Made by a program: the position numbers and the translations under genes
Shown here: one piece after another, positions 10,703 to 23,290 of the stretch
Numbering within the stretch: the first letter of the stretch is position 1
Layout of the letters: every line of letters begins with the position of its first letter
DNA from: Tubulanus polymorphus
Taxonomy: Eukaryota > Animalia > Nemertea
Direction: 5' to 3'
NCBI RefSeq assembly: GCF_964204645.1
Contig: NC_134026.1
Coordinates: 1,015,950-1,079,949, forward strand
Length of the DNA stretch: 64,000 bases
The notes under the pieces: generated by a model
What the model was told of the DNA's origin: nothing
The model's database searches: none
What the model saw: the letters and a program-made list of their open reading frames with translations, nothing else

Positions 10703-10710
10703 AAAACTGA
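10703..10710 (+). CDS. PAN/apple-like protein: probable tiny terminal coding exon (K-N-stop)
   Basis: cttgttttttag|AA AAC TGA in phase 1, followed by AATAAA at ~10740 and ~10809. Confidence 0.45.
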
Positions 10711-10902
10711 CAACACTGTTCCACTTATGAAGTGTTCATAATAAAAATACGACGATATAATTACGTACAATACCTCGAGGCAGATTTCTGGAATTTTGAC
10801 ACTGGAAGAATAAATCTCTTACAAGAGTCTTTCTAAATTATGAATATACACCTACATTTAGAAAGACGAGCTTTGCTACTGTACTACTTGATAACAGTTT
10901 GA

Positions 10903-11285
10903 TCAATCCGCCTTCATGGCATTGAAGTGACAGGGCACAAATCTATTGAATATGACAGTCACGATATAGCACATAGATTGTTTTGTTAAAAGACATTTAT
11001 CAAAAACAATTTCTCCAGGAGTCACATAACTGCACTGAAAATTACTTTCCATCGCATCATCGCCGAGGAGATTGAAACCACGACTCGAGGCATTGTTTAA
11101 ACTTACATTATGGGCTTTTTCGTAAATAATCGCATCAGTATGTTGACGCATTATCCTCGAGTTATTGCTTTAAATTAGATTCTGGGGAAATTCATCTTTT
11201 CTGACTCGAAGGCCATGACCGTTACTATGACATTATACCGAATTGTCCTCAATACAGATCAGACAAGATCCACAGCCACATTTTG
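10903..11285 (-). pseudogene. Possible degraded C-type-lectin-like sequence
   Basis: The minus strand shows WLWILSDLY*GQF (resembles the WIGLxDxxxEGxF motif) and CSYVTPGEIVFDKCLLTKQSMC (resembles CTL C-terminal Cys spacing); frames are disrupted. Confidence 0.2.
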
Positions 11286-11516
11286 AGGGATTAGCGATGA
11301 ATAAAGAAATATTCTACATCTAGTTTTCATAACATTGCTGTCGAAATCAACTCACAAAATATGGAAACCGATCTTAAATCTGACTTGATCAAAAAATACG
11401 CATAGCAACCGCTAAGATGAAAGCGTCAGTGGTAGCGTAGCAACCGTTTCCACAGCGAACAAATAGAAATTTTAGGGAATGAACAAAATGTAAGTACAAA
11501 CCGTCATTGAAAGGCA

Positions 11517-11859
11517 ATGGGCTGCAATTTAAGCAGTACCGTATCACCGGTAGCCGAGGAACGCCACTCGCCATTAGTTCCCGATGCGCCTCCAGATCCC
11601 GAGTTAACCGCAGTTACAGACGAGAAGCGTTCAACATCGTCTCATCAATCGATCAATCAGCAACAATTCTGGACAGAAGCGGCTCCATCAAAAAGCACGG
11701 TAGATCCTATCGGCGATCAGTTCGTAGCCAGAACTGGCGTACCTAGTGAGGAAATATTCCGAAAAACAACCAGCAGAACCAAACGAATCTGTTCTATGAA
11801 ACCGAACGTGATGTCCATCCCCGAAACAGCAGATTCTAACATTCCTCAAAAGGAAGAAG
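11517..11859 (+). CDS. Small protein with N-terminal MGCxxS myristoylation/palmitoylation motif, exon 1 (unspliced ORF would end at 11876)
   Basis: Begins MGCNLSSTVSP; 119-aa hydrophilic ORF; candidate donor GAAG|gtact at 11860. Confidence 0.55.
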
Positions 11860-12174
11860 GTACTTTCGAGAAATAGATTTGCGAAACGACTGTAACATTA
11901 ACGTTGTTAAGTATTTATACATAAACTATCTAAAACATGGTGTTCTATTTAAGACATTTATTCATGTAACTGCCACGGTTTGTATCGTATTGAAAGTAAT
12001 AAGATAGAAAACGATACATAAAAGAATGATACGTTGTTTAGTTTATGGAATAAATGCGAACAGATTACAAATCGTGGCAACAGGTGGTGATTATAATGAG
12101 GGAAACTGTTGATGGATTATAGTGATCAATGATAGCGAATAGTGAACGAGTAAATTATCAATTTATCATTTCAG

Positions 12175-12260
12175 TTGTATTATGTTCTACGATGATCACT
12201 TCACCTTCTCAGTTTGAGGTAAAAACTGAAACATTGGACGAAGAAAAAAATCGTGATTGA
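12175..12260 (+). CDS. Putative exon 2 of the MGCxxS protein
   Basis: atcatttcag|TT in phase 1 gives VVLCSTMITSPSQFEVKTETLDEEKNRD*. Confidence 0.35.
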
Positions 12261-13151
12261 AGAATTCTAATCGTTCCACGTGTTTACATTCACCCGTAAG
12301 AATTATATCTATAGAGCTAACAATATTTTTTCATAAGATTCGTAGTTGTATTTTAGTTTGCCTGGTCATTTCGTCGGCGTTCTTCAGTCGGCATTTTATT
12401 AGAAAATGATGAAGATTGACTTGACAAGTCAAGCCTCGGGGTAATCATCGACGATTCCACGCCACAACCGTAACCGAGGCGTCAAAACAGTTCGAAAACG
12501 TATTGATTGTAACGTCAATTGTGATAGATCGCTGTACTGTCCTTTCATGCCGGGTCACTCGAGGTCGTTACTGCCACGATACAGCATCAGGAGACATCAC
12601 TCGTTTTTTCATTATCGACGATAGTTGTACGTAGTTCTCGGTGCGATATAAATGTGCTTTGTAAGGGTTATTTCAACGAGTCTCGAAGCGAACTAATTAT
12701 GCAGAAGCACTCGTTAGAAATGAGGAGTTTTTCGCTTATCAAACCTCACTTTTAATGTACCCCCGTACAAATATTGTAACCGAGAGTAAAATGATTTCAG
12801 CGCGTTGAAACGGATCATTTCAGCAGCTAGGGAGAGCAGACTGTTTTCCAATACGGCATTTTACAGTATACTGGTAACACGATATCACAACAGTATATGT
12901 TCGAATTAGTCTTATTTATTCGCGCTATGATTTATTTTTGTATAGAATTTTACCTAAATCAATTGATAAACAGTTTATATTATACAGTATAAGTATAATA
13001 TCGTTAGAGTAGGTACTGATGATATATTGATATTAGATTAAATACTGCGTTGGAAAAAAAGGCCTTAGAAAAAGAAAGAAAATATCTTGAAAATCTGAAT
13101 AGGGAAATAAGTAGACAAATAATTGGGGGGGATCAACATAATAACGAATAA

Positions 13152-13239
13152 GGACCCAGTTCCACGTTGTGAGTTCGAGTTAAAATCAGTTTATTTCCAA
13201 TGTTTTAAATTTAACTCAGAACTGTGGAACTGGGTCCAG
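13152..13239. mobile_element. Short MITE-like element
   Basis: TIRs ggacccagttccac / gtggaactgggtcc. Confidence 0.7.
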
Positions 13240-14989
13240 TTCTTTCTCTGATCGAGCATTGGAGATGTATTCTAGTTTAGGCGTGTAAGGTTGAACTCTG
13301 GCGGAAACTCGAGAAAGTTTTAAATCAGTGAAATTGCAATAAATCCGTTTGATCCACGTTTTCACGGATTGTTTTTGTTGGATCGTGATTGTGTAGAAAG
13401 GATTTCGTTGTTTGATGAAATACAGTTCGTCTTCTGCGGAGTGTTCCGAGAATCCGCTGAGACTCATTGTCAGCCGGTATACTCGAGGGAATAACAACCG
13501 GATGAAATCGCATTGGCCCCGAAGTCGAGACGTATTTTCAAACAAAATACGAATTAATTCATCCTAGAAATTTGTCATTAACTGCTGTGAAACGGCGTTA
13601 GATTTTACATTCTCGGGGAAGCTTAAATTAACAACTTTGACCCGTCGGCAATTATTAACTTGGTTTTATCAAATTTCGTATGAAAACTAGTGCTTTGATA
13701 ATGGCAGTTTGCGCATTTAACGCTTGTCACGCGCGCGTTTCACCAGGGTGAAATGTCGACTTGTAAACCGTCATTCATTTTTCGCTGCTGTAGGGAATTT
13801 CGAATTTGATATCAATAGTGAAACAGTCGATGCCTGATTGTGTCAATAACAGATACATCACGTAATCATAAAATTCATCTTCAGTTTGGCCGAACATCAT
13901 CTACACTTTCGATCGATGCGGTCATATGAAACTTGGAAAACTCTCGATTCATAAATTGAGATTAGAAATAACAAGAACAATTGTGAATTGTGCATTTATT
14001 TTCTAATTAGATATATTTCAAAACTTTTTTGATGCATTTTGATAATTTGTTTGATAAAATGTGCACTACGTCATCAATATTTCTGCGCTAGACTGGTTGC
14101 CGGGCAATTCAATTATCGATATATTCAAATCCAAAATAACTTTATTGATTCTAAATATTATTTAATCTATATTTCATGATTCATTGTCGACAATATAAAG
14201 CGATATATTCTCAAAGCGTAGATAAACTTTCGAGTTAATTTTCTTGTTTAAACTGCACTTGGAAAACTCTTGATCCACATAAATTGAGGGTTTCACAAAA
14301 TTACAGTGACGTTTTTCGTTCCTAAAAAAAGTGGAGACTTATGTTCGTATAAAGGTATACGAAAAGATGAAGTAAACAGTTTCCGTTTAAAGCTGTATGT
14401 AAAGAGCTGCCTGTATAATCAGTAACGCAGTCGCACTGTCTGGTAATCACAGACACGCGGCTTTAGAATGTGAGTTGACACAAGTAAATAAGAGAAACAT
14501 TTCGACCAATTTTTCGTGTCAATCGCGGCCTGATGAGGCTTAAATAGAGACGTGATTACTAACGTTTATTTGACCGATTCACTAACTATAGATTCTGATC
14601 ATAAAACCGCTTCAAAGTGAAGGGTATAATAAAGCATCCTGCATTTACTGAGAGAAGGCTCAAATCTAAATCCCCTTACACCGGAAAGCCATTATTCGAC
14701 GGCGGGGATAGCTGGTCAGACTTTCCGACCGAGGACCGAACTAATGGATTTTATAGATTTGTTAGAAAATATTGTTTATGCCTCTCACATGAAAACATGC
14801 AATCGTCGGATTATTCCACGGGGAAAAGGGTCTAAAAATGAGTTAAGCGCTCGCGTGATGATAATGAAGCCGTGTGAATCGCTACGTCACGCGAATGCAC
14901 TTAAAACCCCCTTTTTAAAACGATGACGATGGCATCACCCGCGTAGAAATCCAGCACCGGATGCTGCTGTAGCACTCGAACGTTGAACT

Positions 14990-15125
14990 TAATTAGAAGG
15001 TGAAAACCTGATGTTAGAAACGTTGTGGACTCTAAAGAATTTTCAATTTTTGAACATAAGTCTTCGATTGTGGTATTTCGCTTTTTTGTTAGATTTGATT
15101 CCTCGATTTACACACACGTGACCAT
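14990..15125 (+). mobile_element. Degenerate copy of the hammerhead-core element family
   Basis: cctgatgttagaaacgttgtgg (collapsed core), attgtggtattt and acacacgtg occur in the same order as in the other copies. Confidence 0.4.
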
Positions 15126-16003
15126 CTCACATAAAATGTTTGGAAATGCCTCGACAGCAGAACTGCAAGAAATCAAAGGTTTATGATGATTAGATCTTGT
15201 GTCTAACTACGTGATACATGTCGAGCGTGTTAACTTCTGTCTCGTTGCAAGTTAACTTTTCTAGTCCGCTAGTAGATGTTTTTTCATCTATCGTTCTATC
15301 GTTGGGATGGAGCTAAGTGCCTACAAAGTCTATAGTCACAACCCGTGTGCGTCGTATTAAGGTATATTATAATACCCGTTACATGTTAAACACATCGAAC
15401 ACACGAATTAATATCTACGCATACGTGATATGAACTAGAGCGGAAAAATAGTAATTACACATGTAGTTCAAGGTAAAAACATTGTCATTTAATATAAATT
15501 GCAAATTAGACAATCTCTTTTCTAGGAGCTCGGATTATTATTGAAATATGCTCACGATAAAGACTTTTGTCGGGACCTTGGGAGTTCTAATGTTTGCTTA
15601 AGTCTCCGATGTCATCAAGTTGGGAATAAAACCGTAACATCCAAAACCTTCCTTTTTGCAGTTTATAATTGATCTATGACGTACACAAACAAATCATCAA
15701 CGGTAGTTTTCACTAGAAATGCTGCCGGTCACCTTCCCTAGCGTAGCATGTGAAGTGCTTTGGTAATATGCTGTTGAAATGATCACTTAACAGTTAATTG
15801 GAGCTTAAGAAGCCATAAACATGACATGACGTATCGAGATTGAAGGTTATACGAAGCCGATGGTCACGGTACCTTTACTAGATTAATGCATTTTTATGTT
15901 CTGACTGATGATATATTGCCTATTACAAACGTCTATGTCGCATAATTGGCTAAAGGTACTCGGGGCTGCTGAGCCGTACTAAACACGTGTAAGACGTATA
16001 GCT

Positions 16004-16260
16004 ATGAGGAGAGAATCCCACAATGATAATAAAAAGTCCGAAAATGAAACTTCGAGATAGTAGTTTATTTCAACGTTTCGACTATATCCTAATAGTCATC
16101 TTCAGGAATAAGATCGCATTATTCCTGAAGATGACTATTAGGATATAGTCGAAACGTTGAAATAAACTACTATCTCGAAGTTTCATTTTCGGACTTTTTA
16201 TTATCATTGTGGGATTCTCTCCTCATCGCGTCAACACGGATATTGTGTTCTACCTATCGT
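16004..16260 (+). mobile_element. Hammerhead-core short retroelement with perfect 108-bp inverted duplication (Penelope-related)
   Basis: Arms 16004-16111 and 16119-16226 are exact reverse complements with a 7-nt spacer; TSD gacgtatagctat at 15993-16005 and 16261-16273. Confidence 0.85.
16119..16166 (+). ncRNA. Minimal type I hammerhead ribozyme motif (mirror copy on the - strand at ~16064-16111)
   Basis: ttattc-CTGAAGA(16125)-t-GACTAT taggat ATAGTC-GAAA-CGTT-gaaataa: intact core boxes, perfect 6-bp stem II, palindromic short stem III, bulged stem I. Confidence 0.7.
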
Positions 16261-16659
16261 GACGTATAGCTATAGTTTTAATACACACATCTACACGACA
16301 TCTAGATCTACTGGCTCAGAAGAAGTCATAGAAACCCCACAACTTCCAAAACGATTTTCCGGCGCTGGTGAATATGATAAAATGCCGTTAACAGATAGTC
16401 ACGACACGCACGTCAACGACAAACTACAAACTATGATTGATCATGAAAAATATTCAAATCTAGAAATAAGAAAAACTAAAAGCACAACTGAGGATGTTGC
16501 GCCGACATCAGCGACAGTCACACGGGTAAAATTGATCGCTTCGATTATTTTCCTGATCATTTTGTCGTTGAATCCAAGTTGAAATATGCACGTAATTGTT
16601 TCAAGGTTTGTTTTCTTTTCATATCAAAGAAGGAAATATAGGAATGATACATAAAACGT

Positions 16660-16795
16660 GAGCGAAGATGTGAACTTATTGAGGAAACATATTTCAAGCG
16701 ACGTTTACTCTTTTACTCGTGAACTTTACATCTTTGTCTGAAATCATTGTCTCGCGTATTCATCAAACACGGATATTGTGTATCTTTATGACCTT
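16660..16795 (+). mobile_element. Degenerate copy of the hammerhead-core element family
   Basis: Eroded core gcgaagatg...ggaaacat, then atcattgt and aacacggatattgtgt, the latter identical to the 3' end of the 16004-16260 copy. Confidence 0.5.
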
Positions 16796-16957
16796 TGACC
16801 AGTTTGATTCCGATCTATCCTAACAACCGCGAAAAGAGAAATATATATACATATATATACTCGTCGCTGTGAATAGTTTTTTTGGTTAAATAGGTACCGA
16901 GGAAATGAGAGTTCTGTCGTGCATACGTCTTACTTATTAAAGAATGGTAGCTGTGCC

Positions 16958-16960
<3 letters not shown>

Positions 16961-17024
<64 letters not shown>
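16961..17024. repeat. (AG)n microsatellite
   Basis: ~32 perfect AG units. Confidence 0.98.
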
Positions 17025-17025
<1 letters not shown>

Positions 17026-20000
17026 ATTCCCGTCGTGTCGTGATTTGGTCATTTAGAACCGCTATTCGTAGAGATAAAGACTGTGCTTAGTGGCGGTTAC
17101 TAAATTATTCAAACTAAGCCACTCACACAACGAAAGAAATGCCCTGTAACGATCAGTCACCTTTTTCAGCATATACCACACTTCAGCCAAAAAATGTCCT
17201 ATTGAATATTTTTGTCTATTCGGGTCTAGGTTCGTATCGAGTCTTGAAATCCCACTGAGGGAGGATGTATGTCTGTATGGATGTGGAAACTTTCCGTAAC
17301 TTTTGTGAATATAATTATTTACGCAGACGTGATTAGAACATGATTAACTCATTAATTCAACGACGGTTCGCTGGATATAGTTATAATTAAGTAACTTTAT
17401 TTCTAAAAAGAGACTGCTCGTTAACTTACTGTAACAGTGTTTTCTGAAGTTGAGAATAGAGGCTTTCTATGCACCATTAGACACGCAAATAATGCATAAG
17501 AACGGTCGCGTGGAGTGACAGTGAGTTTTTCAAACTAATGAGCTACAGAGGAAGAGACCACTGCGATTTCAGTCAGACGCTCAGACGCTTCGAGTCTGAC
17601 TTTGATACATCGCCACAGATATAATTAACCCTGTAAAAATTGAACGAACATCCCGGTCGGGGGTCCTCCTCGGTAAGACCCTCAAACCGGAGCTATTTAT
17701 CGTGGTAACCTTGAAATATAACGCCGAGACTCTTCGACAGTCTCTACAGCACAACAATACATCGCGTCCCTGAAGGTTGCCAGTTTTTAGGATAAAGATA
17801 CACAATACAGAAAAACAAGTCTAAAAAGAATCCTTCAGCTTACATATGGATTCAATGTTTTGACTTTATCCTATAATAGTAAACTTCTGGAATATTAAGA
17901 TGACTGAAAATCCAGTGAACATTTTATTATGATATTATCATAATAACACAGATTTGAGTGTTCCATCGAGATTACAATGTACATAATAACAATGGCACAC
18001 CATCCACTGGGTTAATCTTGATGTTTACTAATCGCGAAAAATCACACATTTTCTTCTGTACGGTTTATGGTTACAGGTCTAGCCGCTATTCAGCACGCGA
18101 ATAATCAACTTTATGTGTTGCGCCGTTACATTTTCATTCAATTAATTACCTTACCGTTGATATACAGTCGAAATGTTTGCAACCGAGCTGAGAAAATTGC
18201 GTGTTTGCGACCAATGTTGATCGATACTACGAGGAGAAAAGCCGTCGGGAACTGCTCGGACCTAACTTCAATTTCACGCCACTAGAATTGTATGATTACA
18301 TTTGGTTGCTCCAAAATGCGAATAAATAACAGAAAGTCCTAAGACTGATAATTTAGCGTGTACCAGCGCTATGACACACTGAACTCGTATAGACAATGGA
18401 TATGATTCGATTAGAGGTAAACTGGAAGAAGCTACTCTGATAAGTCCTATAGATATTAGACATATAGAGCGCAGTCTAATTGATGCAGTGTCCACTTGGA
18501 CTAAAGGCAGCTCGTAAGACGAAACTAATTCTTTTTGATTAGTTTCTGATGATATTGGCGTTTGTATCAGGCTATGAATGTTCGTGTATTCCCTACTTAT
18601 ATACGAAATCTTCTATCACATATTGAGCCCTATGTCTGGGTGTAACTAAAGAATTTTTATAATATTCAGTATGCGATGATGTTGGTTTCTTATTTGGTTC
18701 GTTAAGACTTGAATAACACGTATAAGTGGAAGTATAAAAATGGTGGTTGTATTGAATAACCATATCAGCAGGTCTTTTTTCAATAAATCATTTATTCTCA
18801 GAGCCTGGGAAAAGCGAAAGATATTCACGTCCCGGAAAGAAGCTTAATGATATTGCACTTGTTTTTTTCTTACTTAATGAACTTTTGTAGACGGGAAGTT
18901 TATCACATTATGCATTAGTAGGTAAAGCATACATGCATGAAGGGTTCATAATCATCTCGTGTCAGCTATAGCCGACTAGTAGTTCCTGAAAAATGTTTCT
19001 GGTATTCAAATTCCGAAACATTAATAATCCTCGCATTCTTATCTTCGGCCATATTGCCAACATGTTTTATTATTCAGTAAGTGAACGACATATAAGATTG
19101 TTTGCGCGGTATAACGAAGGTACATCGTGTATATACGAAGTGTGTAGAGTTGCGATAGCGGGGCCTGCCAGACGACTTCTTTTTCTAACTATCAAGTATA
19201 GATGATCGTGAAGGTCGGAATCGTTATCTCCGTATCGCTTATAGTGACAACTGCTGCCAATTCTCAGGGGCTTGATTTCGTCGACCGCTTTGTGGTGTGA
19301 CGGCGAAAAAAAAACGCTTCAAAAGGAATTAGCAAACAATATTCGTTCGTATTTTTACGACATGCTAGTGGCTAATCGAATATTTATGTGCCCGGACCGT
19401 TATTGTCGAGCTTTGAAATTGTAGCATCGTGGGTTTCTTTTTTCTCGGCGAAACCGCCGTCAAAAAGAATGAAGTCATACGATAGATAGATATCTGTTAC
19501 TCTTAGGGATGAATAAAACTAGTAAATTGAGAAAGCAGCAGATATTCTGATAGCGAGTCGTAGGCCCCCGCGTCTTGTTTTACGACCTCGGGTTCTAATG
19601 GAATCGGAAATGAAATGTCCAGACGTGTCAAACTAATGCTTTTAACTGGCTTCCACAATGAATCTTTAGCGTTGAAAAAAGGAAGAGCCAGGAGTGACTC
19701 CTAACATGTACGTATGTCGAAATTCCTCTCATCTTCAAAAAGAAATTTGGAACGAACTGTAAACGCATTATACAACTAATTAAACAACGAAAGAGGTGAC
19801 AATAGTTTATATCATTCATCATTTCTATTACATTTTAAACGTTACATCTACCGAAAGCTGGCTCGCGTGTAAGAACAGGTTTCATATTTATTATCACGAG
19901 CGATGTCTACTACTGACATTTCGTTTCCTGATGCAAAAATCTCTCCAAGCATTCTCTCGTCTTGTGACCACAAGCGTTGATTGGAAAACATCGCATTCCC

Positions 20001-23000
20001 GGATGCTTGTTACACACCGTATCTAGTAGTTTCCAGACAGATCCCATTTGCTTAATTGACGTGACGAATCCACCTGCACTATTTTTTTTGTTTGCCCAAA
20101 GATTTCTACCCGAAACGCTTGATTTTCTGGCCTTTCGTGCAACTGCTGATACCCATCACGAGTTCATTTACACGACTAACGAACCCTTATCGAATTACAG
20201 CATTTCCTACACAGTTCTCTTACTAAACAAGACCTCCAGGAACAAGGAACAAGTTCAAAAGTTTTGAGTTAGAATAAGAATAATTTTGCCCAAAGTTGTC
20301 GAACAGGGTCCAGAAATTGAAGAATTTACAATTTGTTATATTGAAAATGAAAAGATGTCGCAAAAATGAATTGGTATCAAATCAGTATAGACTAACTCGA
20401 ATTTTCATTGTCTTTTGGAAATAATTTCGAATATTTAAAGATTGTTCTTCAGTCGCAAAATCTTTGAAATACGATCCGCGTTGGTTTAAAAGCCATTTTA
20501 ATATCCGGAAACAAACTTGAGATTAATAGCTTTTAAGAAATACGGAGGTCGCAATACTCGATCGTATCAACACGATTCTTCGTGATGATTCAAAATCAAC
20601 ATTTGTCGAGAAATTTTCATTTCATTCACGAAGTGCCATTAAATCGATTCAACAAATGCGTAAAACACATAACTCAAACGCGAACAACTCACGAACCGTC
20701 ACACCTCTTCAGAAATCCGAGAACCAACATCACCGGTTCTATTACACCGGGCAAACAGGGGCCGTCTAAACTCATTTTTGAAATAATGAATTTTCGACGT
20801 GACATGAGGTGAATTCGGCTGTAGCGGAAACATCAGGCAGCTGATATTCTCATCTTGAGATTATCAATAATAAAACGATCCACAGCGTTTTCAATTTTCT
20901 CGTATTATGAGCTCGCATGTTTGTGGAAATTTAAGCGCTGGTGCACGCGATCGCCTAATGAGAAGGAGGAGGAGGCAGGAGAGACAGGTAGATAGGAGTT
21001 GAAAATGACGAAAAACACCTGAAATAAACGTGTTCTCGAATAATAGACGCATTCAAAGTTACACGATGATAAAAAAACTTTTTATGCTTAGTCGCAAGAC
21101 TCGTCGTGACGGTTAAAACCGATTTCCCCTGGATAAAAGCGATGACGCTGGACCGCTGAAGTTTTTACACCTTCCTAAAGCCGCGTAGTAGATTTTTTGT
21201 ATCGACGTAATCTGATACTACTTGGATTTTTCTTAACTAATCCCTGCTGTGTTATAGATCGCAGCGTCGCCGGAACTGTGTGGTCATCTCATGTAAACAA
21301 CTCGCGTCTTTCTCGTGAAATCTTTGGCGAAATTTTTTGCTTTTTGGACGCGATTTCGGATCTTGTAACAGGAGATAGCCGTTAGTTTTGGCGTAGATTC
21401 TGTCCATTATCAAGTTTTTGAGAAATCGGTAACAGAAGAAAATATCAGGCTGAAACTGGCTTCCAGAATGTTCAGATTTTACTTACCAAATCGCCTTTCA
21501 CTTCAATGTCACCGCCAACTAGACAGAATTAGGTGATTACACAGATTCTCTGTCGAACATTTTGTCCGTGAATAATAAAAACGAGCAGGTGTTGTCATTA
21601 GACTTCAGAGTTAGGATCTTAGAACAGATTCTTAATTACAATTCAGGTTTCCGCGGCGCTCTGCGGGGAAGCGCTATAAATCACTTCATTTCAAATACAG
21701 ATTGTGCCGCGCAGCTATTACACCAGTTTATTAACACATCTTGAAAATCTGATGAGGCTGGCAATCTAATTACTCTCCGTCGACGTGTCGGTCGAGTGCG
21801 GTCGGGTGGTGGTAGGTTTCAATATTTCTTTTTTTTTTAAGCGTGGATATTAAGTGTCAAGAAAATGCTACGAAGAGAATGTGATAAAGGTGAATTCAGG
21901 GGGGGCGCAAGGGTCTGGTCTCCTCTAAGAAATGACAAGATTTTCTTTTATCCATCCGGCTTCTGTGTCATGATTCATGATCAAAATTTTGTTTGGAATG
22001 TCTAGAAATGACCTAAGAATACCCTTGAATATTGATATTTCCTGGATTCCTTTTCATTTCTTCCTTCGTCGGGATGTCTCTATTAATCCGAAAAGGTGCC
22101 CTAAATATATCAATCCCCCTCAATTAACTGTAGATCAGTCGAAACAACAGTCTGGAAATGGTCGACCACGGGATGAGCTCGGTTGTTTTAAAATTGATGG
22201 CTGACACGAACTAACTATAGTGCGTTCGGTTATTAGTTAGTTGACTAACTACGAAAAGCGAAAATCAACCTCGAGCGAAGAAGCATTTTCTTTGTATCTA
22301 AATATCACAATGAAAACAACTGCATTTATTCATTCAAAATTCCCTGTCGATTTTTGACCAAAAAATGGTTTAATGGTCGTCCGTCTTATTCATTTGATTG
22401 GTAGATTTGATTTTATTTGATTTGATTTGATCTGATTCGAATCCCTTACGAACTCACCTCACCTGCCTGGAGCGAAACCGGGGAGAGGGGTTAAAATATA
22501 TGCGTAGATCTGTATAGTAAAACTGAGATTCCGGCGGTAGGTTTAATGTGTGGTCTCCTAAAAAAGCCCAACTTCATCATCCTGCTAACATAACATGCCA
22601 TAAAAGAAAACATTCCACGAAAAATATCCGACATGATCAATTTGTGATTGTAGATAACATCAATTTACTATAACGGACACGCGCGGTAGATGAGGGACCG
22701 GGAGTGATTGATAAATCTGTGTATTGCCTGACTGCAACAATTCAACAATTCATCTCCGATATCCCTTATAAAGGACCGGATATCGTTACCGTGTAATTTC
22801 GAGTTTTAAATAAGTGATAATTAATCATCACATGCGCCGCGGTTATTCGGGACTCGATCAGTCGCGTATTCGTCGAGGGTCACGTGACGGGTAATGGCGT
22901 GAAAATGAAGGCGCACACGAATACGTTCTGTTCATCCTGCCAACCGGAAGTGTGTGTTTTGCATGTCGATCAGCATCCGCGCATTAGTGATCAAGATATT

Positions 23001-23135
23001 TCTTTCTTATTAATTAAACAAATACTTTGAAGCGATACGGAGAGTAGAGGTAATTAGTAATAGGCAATGAGTAATAGTCAAATACGTTGTAATTTGAGCC
23101 GTAAACTAATTTATGGTGAAATAACAAAATTCATC

Positions 23136-23290
23136 GTAGTAGTAGTTGATGGTAGTAGTTTATTCTTTATCAAAGTGTCTACCTACTACACTTGTATGAC
23201 AGATAATCAAAATTACAAATTTTAACAAAATAATTTAATACAAAATTACATATTGAAAAAAAAAAAACTAAAATATCAAGTTGATGGGGT
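23136..23290 (-). mobile_element. 3' end of a non-LTR retrotransposon (CR1/L2-like), 5'-truncated
   Basis: Minus strand: T-rich UTR, hairpin aagtgt..acactt, AATAAA, then a (CTA)n-type tail. Confidence 0.5.
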
